A stretch of 32,515 nucleotides of DNA, from the NCBI RefSeq assembly GCF_001194135.2, contig NC_068986.1:90646512-90679026 (forward strand). Direction: 5' to 3'. The stretch is from Octopus bimaculoides. Its lineage: Eukaryota. Below, piece by piece: positions 1 to 9,877 of this stretch. Under the pieces are notes generated by a model. The model saw nothing but the letters and a program-made list of their open reading frames with translations. It was not told where the DNA came from and ran no database searches. Within the stretch, counting starts at the first letter, position 1, and each line of letters begins with the position of its first letter. A program made the position numbers and the translations under genes.

Positions 1-1257
1 TGTACGGAAAGTTCTGAGCGTTTTTAAGCTAAAAATGTTAACGCTACATTGAACACCCCTGAAACAGTTAAAACTTTAGCGTTACCTCAAGTTGTAGTGC
101 ATCTCTTCTTTGTTCCTGACTAAAAATGTATTTATCTTTCATTGTGGTTACACTTTATTGGCATTTGAAATGAATAGCCAAAAATTTCATATTCGCGTTG
201 TAATGCTTTTCGTTTTTTGAAAAAGGACAAAATTTTGTAAAGACTTGCAAAAACATTTGTGAAGTTTATGGTGATGATGCTGTAGGTGAATGAACTGTTC
301 GAAGGTGGTTTGCACAATTTAAAGCTAGAGAGTTTAGCTTGGAAGATGACAGTCGCAGTGGAAGATCTTCAAAATTGGATGTTTTGAAGGCAAAATTCGA
401 AGAAAACTCAAATATCACAACTAGCAGAGAAGTTGGAAGTTTCTAAAAATACGGGTCATGAACACCTAATGAAACTAGGACGCATTTTTCGCTATAATGT
501 ATGGGTTCCTCACAAACTCTCATAAAAGAATTGCTTGGACCGGTATTCGGTTTGTGATATGCTTTTGAAACGGAATGAAAGCATGCCTTTTTTGAAACAA
601 CTTGTGACTGGAGATGAAAAATGGATTGCATACGAAAACTTAGTGCGAGAAAGATCCTGGAGTTTGCGTAAGGATGTCTCAAAACAACAACCAATGACGA
701 ACATCCATGTCACAAAAGCTATGCATTGTGTTTGGTGGGATCATAAAAGGCATTGTTTATTATGAGCTGCTCCTACAAAATCAGGCCATCAATTCTGATG
801 TGTACTGTCGTCAGCTGGCTAATTTGAACCAAACAAATCAAATAATTAAGACGGGAGATTGCTAACAGGAAAGGGTTAGTATTCCAACAAGACAATGCCC
901 GATCACATATGTCTTTGGCTACTTGAGCAAAGTTACGTGAACTTGGCTAGGATCTCTTACCCTGTCCAACATATTCTCCTGATATTGCGCCATCCGACTA
1001 CAACTTGTTTTTGTCTCTACATAACTGATTGCAAGAAAAAACATTTAACGATTTAAATGGAGTCAAAATGCATCTAGATAACTTTCTTCAAAACCAGTAA
1101 AATTTTATGCTGATGGAATATTTAAATTGTCTGATAGATGGGCAAAAGTCATTACTAACACTGGAAAATATTTCATTGAATAAAATTAATTGAAAGGTCA
1201 ATTATTTATATCCTATTTTACATATTAAAAACCGCTCAGAACTTTCCGGACAACCTA
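1..1257 (+). mobile_element. mariner (DD34D) DNA transposon, near full length, inactive
   Basis: Left TIR at 1-27 (tgtacggaaagttctgagcgtttttaa, cut by the window edge) matches the reverse complement of the right TIR at 1225-1257 (ttaaaaaccgctcagaactttccggacaaccta), which is followed by TA. Transposase remnant lies between them. Confidence 0.95.
170..1183 (+). pseudogene. mariner transposase pseudogene
   Basis: ATG at 170; WVPHKL at ~502; TGDEKW (D at 613); QDNARSH (D at 891); YSPDIAPSDY (D at 996). The last two aspartates are 105 nt apart, giving D34D. Ends GKYFIE* at 1183. Several stops and frameshifts. Confidence 0.93.
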
Positions 1258-1319
1258 TATAATCCAAGGTTATTTTCGAACCACGAACTCATAGGCCGGT
1301 TTTCCGGATTCTGTGGCGT

Positions 1320-1499
1320 ATTATTCTTCCACTGGACGAGAAACCGGTCCGTTACGAGATTACACATATTTTGCCATCTGAATGGACGGGAGCAACATGA
1401 AATGAAATGTTTTGCGGAAGAATACAACGCCCGGCCAGGAATCGAAACCACAGTCTTACGATCACGAGTGAAAGACCTTCTACTAAGGCACGCGCCTCC
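1320..1499 (-). mobile_element. tRNA-derived SINE, 5' part
   Basis: Minus strand reads ggaggcgcgtgccttagtag...ggtttcgattcc (A and B boxes), then gcgttgtattcttccgcaaaacatttcatttcatgttgc; homologous to the SINE at 2286-2610. Confidence 0.75.
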
Positions 1500-1761
1500 A
1501 TGTATATATGTACGTGCGTGCACGTGTGTGTGTGTGTGCGTGTGTACGTGAGTGCATCTACCCATATATCTCTGTTCTTTCTGCGTGACTATATCTGCGC
1601 AAGTTTTCTTTTCCTTTTCACTCGTGTATGCGCATGCGTATATTTGTATACTTTTTTCTACTCTTGGGCTGGTCTTTCCATAGGTATCAACTTTCTCACT
1701 TGTAACGCCTGTATGGTGTGAAAAATATAATTTTCTCAAATAAAGTGCACTTCATATTCAA

Positions 1762-1842
1762 GGCTCTGATGAAGCTATCGGATGTTATCCAGGTACTCAG
1801 CTAAGAGTCCATCACATCCTATAGCAGAAACATGTGTAAGTT
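1762..1842 (+). ncRNA. type I hammerhead ribozyme-like motif (probably Penelope/retrozyme repeat derived)
   Basis: Stem I GGCU/AGUU; CUGAUGA at 1766-1772; stem II GCUAU-GGAUGU / ACAUCC-AUAGC; GAAAC at 1827-1831; AUGU loop; GUA triplet at 1836-1838. Confidence 0.65.
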
Positions 1843-2000
1843 AATGAAGTTGATTACATAACCTCTGTTTTTCCGTTGTCATCTCTTTATCCTATTACCA
1901 CTCTATACTTATCTAACATTATGTTATATACTATACGTATATTGGATCCTACACCAGGATATTAGTCTCGCCATGCCTAAGCAAAATATTAATGTATGTA

Positions 2001-2215
2001 TGAGGGGTGCTCGAAAGTTCCTGGTTTTAAGGGTATCGCGAAAGGCCTGGCCGGAGGCCCAACCTTCCGAGTTCTTTTAGAGATCTTAGAAAAACTGAAG
2101 GACTGTTGCAATAAGTGTGTGAATCTGAGAGGGTAATATGCTGAATAAAATCATAATTAACCATCTTCCTGTAATTTCTATTACCCAAAACCAGGAACTT
2201 TTCAGCACCATTTCG
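2001..2215 (+). mobile_element. mariner-derived MITE (internal deletion derivative)
   Basis: TA on both sides. TIRs tgaggggtgctcgaaagttcctggtttt and aaaaccaggaacttttcagcaccatttcg. The interior retains the mariner C-terminus FLEILEKLKDCCNKCVNLRG*YAE*. Confidence 0.85.
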
Positions 2216-2237
2216 TATATATATATATATATATGTA

Positions 2238-2274
<37 letters not shown>

Positions 2275-2280
2275 ACACAC
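2216..2280. repeat. (TA)n/(TG)n microsatellite
   Basis: Direct reading of the sequence. Confidence 0.95.
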
Positions 2281-2285
2281 ATAGT

Positions 2286-2610
2286 GAGGGTACGTGACTT
2301 AGTGGTTAAGGCATTTGACTCACGATCGTAAGGTCGTGAGTTCAATTCCCAGCGACGCGTTGTGTCCTTGAGCAAGACACTTTATTTCACGTTGCACCAG
2401 TCTACTCAGCTGGTAAAAAATGAGTAGTACTTGTATTTCAAAGGGCCCGCCTTGTCACACTCAGTGTCACGCTGAATCTCCCTGAGAACTACGTTAAGCG
2501 TACACGTGTCTGTGGAGTGCTCAGCCACTTGCACGTTAATTTCACGAGCAAGCTGTTCCATTGATCGTATCAGCTGGGACCCTCTTTATCGTAACCGACG
2601 AAGTGCTCCT
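2286..2610 (+). mobile_element. tRNA-derived SINE, near full length, with CORE/V-like central domain
   Basis: A box tgacttagtgg; B box gagttcaattcc; central tgtgtccttgagcaagacactt resembles the conserved CORE/V-type SINE domains. Confidence 0.85.
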
Positions 2611-2614
2611 TCAT

Positions 2615-2629
2615 ACACACAAACACACA

Positions 2630-2697
<68 letters not shown>
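2615..2697. repeat. (CA)n microsatellite
   Basis: Direct reading of the sequence. Confidence 0.95.
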
Positions 2698-2699
<2 letters not shown>

Positions 2700-2709
2700 C
2701 ACATTATCA

Positions 2710-2880
2710 TTCATCTGTTTCACACGTTTGTCTGCGGTCGTGCTGAGGTACCACCTTGAAGAATTTTTAGTTGAATGAATCGACCCCAATAATTTTTTTT
2801 TAAGCCTGGTAATTATTCTATCGGTCACTTTTCCTGAACCGTTAAGTAACAGCGACGTAAATAAACCAACATCAGTTGTG
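2710..2880 (-). mobile_element. SINE 3' body fragment
   Basis: Homologous to 20940-21125 (shared ccaccttgaagaat, atcgaccccaata and ccgYtaagt..cRg.gaYgtaaa blocks). Confidence 0.65.
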
Positions 2881-2981
2881 TGTGCATGCGCCCGTGTGAA
2901 AGATATTGTTTGCATAGACGAAGTTAGTGAGAAGTTTCATCTTACAATGTTGCAAACACTGAAATATTAATGTCTACTCCA

Positions 2982-3067
2982 TTAAACTCCCTTTAACTTC
3001 CGTTTAACTTCCGTTTAACTTCCGTTTAACTTTCGTTTAACTTCCGTTAAACTCCGTTTAACTTCCA
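2982..3067. repeat. 11-bp minisatellite (TTTAACTTCCG), about 7-8 units
   Basis: Tandem tttaacttccg units with single-base variants. Confidence 0.9.
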
Positions 3068-3852
3068 GTTATTTTCATTCTCTTCCGTTGCAAAACCTCA
3101 TCTAAAAGTACGGATTAAAGAGTTATCATTCTCACCACCTAAATATCGTGAGGTTTAGTGGTCTGATTGATAATTAAATGATTAATCCTCTCAGACCAGA
3201 GCACCTATGTCTAACTTTGCCTTCCACCTGGGCACATGAGCAAAAATATAAATGGTTGTTTATACAGCTCAAGAGTAACGATTGTAGGCAAACAAATGGA
3301 GACAATTGGTTGCATCTTCTTTTCCTGCATCTGTTGTTCATTATTGTTTTACTGAGAATCCTGCGAAGATGACATTTAACCTATACCCGTTGTAGCAAGA
3401 ATACGGCGTGACAGAGTTAGACATTCTTCCTTTTTTTAGTGTGTCCTCTCTTAGTTATTTCTTCAGATTGTTCTGTTAAGACCTCACTATCAGTGTAAAA
3501 CTTGCAGATGTAATAAATTCTCTTTACTTGTCTCGAAACTTACCATCACTCATACAAAATACGTTTGTGCAGTATATTTAACTGAGAATTGAATAAATCT
3601 AGAATTTCTTTCTTTGTATGTTTATTCCTCGTCTTAATTTCTCACACTTACACCAATATAACAATTTATGAACACTAAAAGCATATTTCAAAATATAATT
3701 TCAAGAATTCAAGCAGCACATATTAAAAGATGAAATCAAAAAAAAAATCACAGAAACTATTTAAGTTGCATTTAGAAACGATTTCCGATATTAAATTGTC
3801 TAGAATATGAATAACGTGAATGGAAACAGCACTTCAGTTAGTTTTCACTTAC

Positions 3853-3975
3853 ACGATTTATGAATTTTTATATCATTGTGGAGGCATTCTACTTCCAAAC
3901 ATTCATACATCGTTCTAAGTATGCCACTTGAACCATTACAAATACATATTCCTGTCATGTAACATCCGTTACATT
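3853..3975 (-). CDS. candidate internal exon (phase 1-1) encoding a six-cysteine extracellular-type module
   Basis: Acceptor tctccctcttttgcAG (3977-3976); donor GTAAGT (3852-3847); 123 nt open frame (E)CNGCYMTGICICNGSSGILRTMYECLEVECLHNDIKIHKS; NGS sequon. Confidence 0.6.
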
Positions 3976-4683
3976 CTGCAAAAGAGGGAGAAGCATTATT
4001 TCTTTGAAACAGTAGACACATTTTAAGATTTCCCATACTTGCAATTTCTGAGAATTTAATCCAGCCAGATATTGAGTATTATTTGTGCATGTTAGTAAAT
4101 ATTGCATCTTCATGGATTAAGAGAAACTTTTAAAGTGAAACAATGCATAATAAATATGTAGAAAAAAAAATCATATCTATGGTCTCTGGAATTTCAAACA
4201 TGAGTAAAAGAGTGGAGAAATATAATGTAGTAAATCAAATTAGGATGATATGCACTTGGCAAGTACACTGTTTAAAGTACCTACAGATATAAAATTAGAT
4301 GATAATTGTCCATAGTAGAGACAGGTTTCTGCGAAATTTGCAATAGAAGCATATCTGTCGTTTAAGTTGCTGACTTTCTTCAGAATATAGTAAACATTAT
4401 TCTACTCACAGATCTGTAATTATGTCGTGGGGCACTGTTAAGTCTTGTGAAGGGATAATTAAGATTGAAATGTAAATGCTTTCTTTTTTCTTAATATCAA
4501 GTCATTTAAGTTTTATCTCCAATCTTTTTAAAACTTAGAATAGTAACTCAAGATTTTTTTTTGTGCCACAGTGAACAGGGTAAAAAGACAAAGATTTCGC
4601 ATGTCAGAGTCGTATAAACCCAGCATGTTCAACGATACAGATAAAAAAAAAAAACTTAGAAGTTTCAGAATATTGAAACGTAC

Positions 4684-4768
4684 CTGAAGCTACATCAAAT
4701 TCCCCAAAAACAGTGGGAATGGCAATAATTGGAATCAAAATTTTTGTCAATGAATTCAATGAATTCAT
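4684..4768 (-). CDS. candidate first coding exon with signal-peptide-like sequence
   Basis: Acceptor ttctattttacttacAG directly before ATG at 4768; MNSLNSLTKILIPIIAIPTVFGEFDVAS; donor CAG|GTACGT at 4683, phase 1, which splices in frame to exon 3975-3853. Confidence 0.55.
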
Positions 4769-4852
4769 CTGTAAGTAAAATAGAATAAACACACGTAAAA
4801 TATATCGGCTATTTTCATACTAAAGATAAATCATTTCTACAGAAAAGTGATT

Positions 4853-4856
<4 letters not shown>

Positions 4857-4897
<41 letters not shown>

Positions 4898-5100
4898 NNN
4901 NNNNNNNNNNNNNNNNNNNNNNNNNNNNNNNNNNNNNNNNNNNNNNNNNNNNNNNNNNNNNNNNNNNNNNNNNNNNNNNNNNNNNNNNNNNNNNNNNNNN
5001 NNNNNNNNNNNNNNNNNNNNNNNNNNNNNNNNACGCACACACACACACGCACGCACACACACACGCACACACACACACCACACCGCACACACGTACATAC
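4857..5100. repeat. (CA)n microsatellite flanking an assembly gap
   Basis: CA runs on both sides of N 4898-5032. Confidence 0.9.
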
Positions 5101-5260
5101 GCATGTATATATAGTCCACAGATGAGATCCAGAGATTCTCAGTATAGGAGATACCTGGTAGTGCTCAAATGATTCAAACTAAGACTCCGATGTCTTTACA
5201 GGGGATCAGTTCCGTGGAGTAAAGAATAGCTATAAGAGAGATCCAGTTGAGCAGATACAG

Positions 5261-5882
5261 AGGCAATTACGGGGATAAACAAATTAGATATATAAAATAT
5301 AAGGTTAGATATGAAATACAAAATGTGTATATATGTATACATGCAAAACGTGAGAAAACAAAAAGTGGAAACTTTCAGACGATGAATTTTTAGATATATA
5401 GATATTTATATTAATAGATCCAACTTACATAGTACAAATGACAGAGAAAATTAAAAGGGAGGAAGAAAGGTGTTGTAATTCCAACAACTGCTTCTGGGGG
5501 CTCGGAGATCCATCATAATGTTAGCAGATGTAGTTCATCACAATATGCGGCCGTAATGGAAACAATCAGCAGTGGATAATATGTATCTCCGTCATCAGAG
5601 TAGAAAGGATCTTGCATTTCAGTTCTTAATGTAGAAAGTTCAAAGAGGGAATAATCTGTATTAAGATTTGAAATGTAAGATCTCTATCATTTGTACTCTG
5701 TGTAAGTTGCACCTATTAATATAATTATCTATATATTTATACTTAAATATTCATCGTCTGAACGTCTCTACGTTTTGATTTCTCTCGTTTTGCATATATG
5801 ACAATATACACATTTTGTATTTCATACCCAAACCGTTATATTTAATATATCTAATTGTTTTTTTTATGCGCATAATTGCTTC
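5261..5882. repeat. diverged inverted repeat (arms ~5261-5450 and ~5686-5882), probably Penelope-type terminal repeats
   Basis: For example atgaaatacaaaatgtgtata (5311) vs tatacacattttgtatttcat (5806), and tcagacgatgaa vs ttcatcgtctga. The arms loosely resemble 17420-17480, next to the Penelope fragment. Confidence 0.7.
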
Positions 5883-7057
5883 TATGCATGTATATATGTA
5901 TGTATGTATATTTTCTATACGCGTCAGCACGCAATGCCATCTTAAGGCAAGGGCACACTTCGTACTTTCCTAAGAGTCAATATTAATCCATGTACGAGGT
6001 CCCTAATCAGAGAGGAATCCCAAAAGCAACTGTTTTAATGAGTGAATATTTCCACACTGTCAGATTTAGTAAAGAAAGTTTATAAACATCTTCGTCCAAT
6101 ATATTGCTTGGAAGTCTTGATTTTGATCTACATCAACTCTGACAGTAAGTTATCCAGTTCCTGCAGACAAACCAATAACATTATCAGCTGTCCCTGCTGC
6201 TGGGAACTTTTCACATGACGAAATACCAAAACTCAACAACAAGTGAGCTGATCAGTGTATAAGCTGCCTGGAATGGAATCTACAGAATAAGTAATTCTTT
6301 GACTCTTATTATCTTCAAGAACAGCACAAAGATCATGTCCCATTTATTCAATAAATTCTTACAAATGTTTGCCGACAGATCTAATAGATTCATTTTCTCA
6401 GGATTCCTAAACAGTTTGAGATGTTCTTCAAAAAATGATCAAAGTCATTCAAAAGCTCTAGAAGTCCAAAATTGTTTCCTTTTTGCCAACCCATTTATTT
6501 GATTAACTCATCGAAATGTCCAACATCTGGATGTAAGAAAGTGAATTACAGATACTACACGTGTCAATACTTAATGACAGTGGATCACTGGATTCATTGT
6601 GCCTTGTCATTATGCTAGAATCATGATAGTGACCTTTCAAATTCTCACTGAATGTAGGATGAAAATGAAGGAGAGAAAACTCAAAAGTCTCTATCAAGGA
6701 ATTTGCCCAAACTTGAAATATTAAATGGCGATTGCGTAGGACGGGAATGGCTACTTAATTCACCATACTTAGGTCGTTTGTAATGCTTTGTATGTTTGCT
6801 TATTGTTCCAGATAGAATTTCTCTTTGCTCCATCAAGATTCAAGGATATGAAAATGAAAAAAAAAGTAACAAAAATATAAAACATCGCAACTGCATGATT
6901 TGAAATTCGAGCCAATAGAAAAAAATTAAAAGAACAAAACATACGAAACTATCATAATCCTAAGAAATACTCTCAAGATGAGTCTTAAATTTTTTAAAAT
7001 TATTAAATACTTTAGAGAACAAAATATTACAATATAACATTCCATAGTTTAACTTAC

Positions 7058-7079
7058 CTTATAATCTTGAAGATGACTT
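7058..7079 (-). other. candidate 22-nt upstream (5' UTR) exon of the minus-strand gene
   Basis: ttctgtatttcttaacgtAG|AAGTCATCTTCAAGATTATAAG|GTAAGT: good acceptor and consensus donor. Confidence 0.4.
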
Positions 7080-7119
7080 CTACGTTAAGAAATACAGAAT
7101 GATATAAGTAATTTTCAAA

Positions 7120-8035
7120 TATCCCTGGAATGGTGGCGTTGAAGACACCAGCTGTTATCATACAGATTTTATTGAAATTCACTATTGTAACATAACGTTT
7201 GTTCTTGATTTATCATGTGCATCATGACATGTTATTGGGAAATATTACAAAATGTTTGGAATAGCGTTTCCTTTCTAATCTTTTTTATTAGTTTGATATA
7301 GAGTAAGGCAAGCGCTTATAGCTTTTGCAGGCCACTGCAAACCGATGGAATCGAGGCGATTAATATTCCTCTTGAATAATTACAAGTTGATGGTAGCAGA
7401 AACAATAAGATCAAGGAGAAAATTCTAGAAAACCGAATTTTCTAGGATGGAAGAAAAGTACTTTAATGTCTAGTGGGTATCTTTTGAGGAAGAGAGACGT
7501 GTAAGACTGGAATGGCTGAGTGGAAGTGCACAAGACACTCCAACACTAGGGATAGAAGATAAAGTAGTAGCAATAGTAAATACACAATGAAGAGACAATA
7601 CTTCTGTGAGTCAGAAGTTGAGCCTGTTGGTGAGTGACGTTATACTTAGTAGGATGGTCAGTTTTCAGATATAATTTTGAATGTTAGCACTGTACCAAAT
7701 ATAAAAACAATACGCAGCTTGAATTCTATAGAGGGCTAGTAGTTGTGGTAGGCTGAAATATTTCATGACCTGATTGGAAGATTTTTACAAGATCTCTGTT
7801 TATTGAATTTCTGTTTGGCTTGAAGTGATTAGGTTGTTCGTGGCTGATGTATGAGAGCGAACGTTTAAGGAGGAACGAAGACAGCTATCATCTGCATAGG
7901 TATGAGTGTTGGTGGACCTGGAAGCGTGCAGATAATTGATGCAAAATGAAATAGAATGTAGGGGTGGGGATAAATTTTATATTGTGTACAGGGTCAGACA
8001 GCGCTCTCCAGCACACGCCCGTTATGAGCCATCGG
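7120..8035 (-). mobile_element. CR1/L2-group LINE reverse transcriptase fragment, degenerate
   Basis: HTYADDSCL motif (YADD at 7898-7887); upstream sequence resembles the GVPQGS..P-FI region; many stops and frameshifts. Confidence 0.75.
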
Positions 8036-8473
8036 CTTAGGAAACAATACGATAACTACACCTACTACCACACACACACACGCACACTCTCCCTCTCCCT
8101 CTCTCCCTCCCTCCCTCTCTCTCACTCTCTCTCTCTCATTTTATAGTATGTATATACCAGAGGCGGCTCCAGATCATCAGCGTCACTCAGGCTCTTCACA
8201 GATTTCTAAGGCACATGCCTGCTCGAAGAATTTCACGTTTTTCCGCAATATTTCTAGCCCTAAATGGCTTAGGCTTATTTTCTATATCTAGCACTATGTC
8301 TTCCTCCATTTTTTTAGTTACGTTAAGAAACTCTGCAAAACAACTGATCTTTACTCACTGACGCACAGAATAACAGCAATCAAATAACGACATCGGAGTG
8401 CACAACAACCATCTGTGATCTGACTGTCACCTGTACTCTTGACAAGAGATGCCATTTAGTCTTTTACACCTAC

Positions 8474-8870
8474 CAGGCTCGTTCTGATTTTAAATCCTAA
8501 TCTCTATAGAAATTTATTGCTTCAAGAAAAAATTGAATTTGAATTACTTTTGATTTTTACGATTATAGATAACAACTCTGGCTGTAACTTCTTAACTCGA
8601 ATCAGGCGCGTGTGAACGATGTCGCGAGAACGTCTGCTACGAATGATATTTTTTTAAACAGGGCACCTCTAAGACGACCGCCAGACGCTGAACGAAAATA
8701 AATAAACTGCGACGAGGTTCAATAAAAAGAGCCCGAGTTATTGGCTGAAATTACACACATGAAGTCAGTGATGGCAGAAATTAAATCAGCTTGCAAATAC
8801 ACGTTCGCTTTACTAAATTTACACTCGGGTTAAGCCCGAACAGCACGAGTGCCGGAGTCACCACTAGTAT
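8474..8870 (-). promoter_or_regulatory. candidate CpG-rich promoter/first exon of the minus-strand gene
   Basis: Locally high CpG density at 8580-8870; CCAAT on the minus strand at ~8743-8747; possible donor CTG|GTAGGT at 8473. Inference only. Confidence 0.25.
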
Positions 8871-9109
8871 ATACAGATATGTGTGTATAAGTATGTATGT
8901 ATATATAAATGAATCCCAATCAGAAATCCCGACCAATTGAACGACCAAGCTCATGAAATTAGCATGTAATTGAAGAAGTATTTCACGGAATCAGTGTAAC
9001 AGAATGTAACAGGGTTGGACTTTCTGAACAAGAATTAAACTCCATCTGGCTGATTTCTACACAATTTCCGTCTAGCCAATTATACTCGCAAAATATTTAT
9101 TTATATTTC

Positions 9110-9240
9110 TCCAACAACCGTTCAGAACCTGTACAAGTCAATTCCTCGCCGCATTAAATCTGTAATTGATGTCAAAGACAAACCAACTACCTACTGAATA
9201 ATAAACTTCGATTTAACAATGTGTTTCCAACACTTGTGTA
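9110..9240 (+). mobile_element. Tc1-like transposase C-terminal fragment
   Basis: TVQNLYKSIPRRIKSVIDVKDKPTTY* matches the Tc1 C-terminal consensus (S-M-P-R-R-x-x-A-V-I-x-A-K-G-G-x-T-K-Y). Confidence 0.75.
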
Positions 9241-9877
9241 TGTATATATATATGTATGTATANNNNNNNNNNNNNNNNNNNNNNNNNNNNNNNNNNNNNN
9301 NNNNNNNNNNNNNNNNNNNNNNNNNNNNNNNNNNNNNNNNNNNNNNNNNNNNNNNNNNNNNNNNNNNNNNNNNNNNNNNNNNNNNNNNNNNNNNNNNNNN
9401 NNNNNNNNNNNNNNNNNNNNNNNNNNNNNNNNNNNNNNNNNNNNNNNNNNNNNNNNNNNNNNNNNNNNNNNNNNNNNNNNNNNNNNNNNNNNNNNNNNNN
9501 NNNNNNNNNNNNNNNNNNNNNNNNNNNNNNNNNNNNNNNNNNNNNNNNNNNNNNNNNNNNNNNNNNNNNNNNNNNNNNNNNNNNNNNNNNNNNNNNNNNN
9601 NNNNNNNNNNNNNNNNNNNNNNNNNNNNNNNNNNNNNNNNNNNNNNNNNNNNNNNNNNNNNNNNNNNNNNNNNNNNNNNNNNNNNNNNNNNNNNNNNNNN
9701 NNNNNNNNNNNNNNNNNNNNNNNNNNNNNNNNNNNNNNNNNNNNNNNNNNNNNNNNNNNNNNNNNNNNNNNNNNNNNNNNNNNNNNNNNNNNNNNATATA
9801 TGAATGTATATACATATGTATATATGTACGTATGGATGGATGTATGTATGTCCGTATGTATGTATGTATATATATAT

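Noticed and set aside
2286-2355. tRNA genes (also 16975-17040 and 31330-31403)
   Set aside because: A and B boxes are present but there is no complete cloverleaf, and each continues into a SINE or Penelope body.
4411-4444. Possible mini-exon ending in a GTGAGT donor (VPHDIITDL, LRR-cap-like)
   Set aside because: Weak acceptors, and both versions shift the frame so the next exon hits an immediate stop.
5980-6720. Non-microsatellite, possibly element-derived stretch
   Set aside because: Short ORFs only and no recognisable motif; left unassigned.
8169-8181. CUGAUGA on the minus strand
   Set aside because: No stem II or GAAA arm follows; not a hammerhead.
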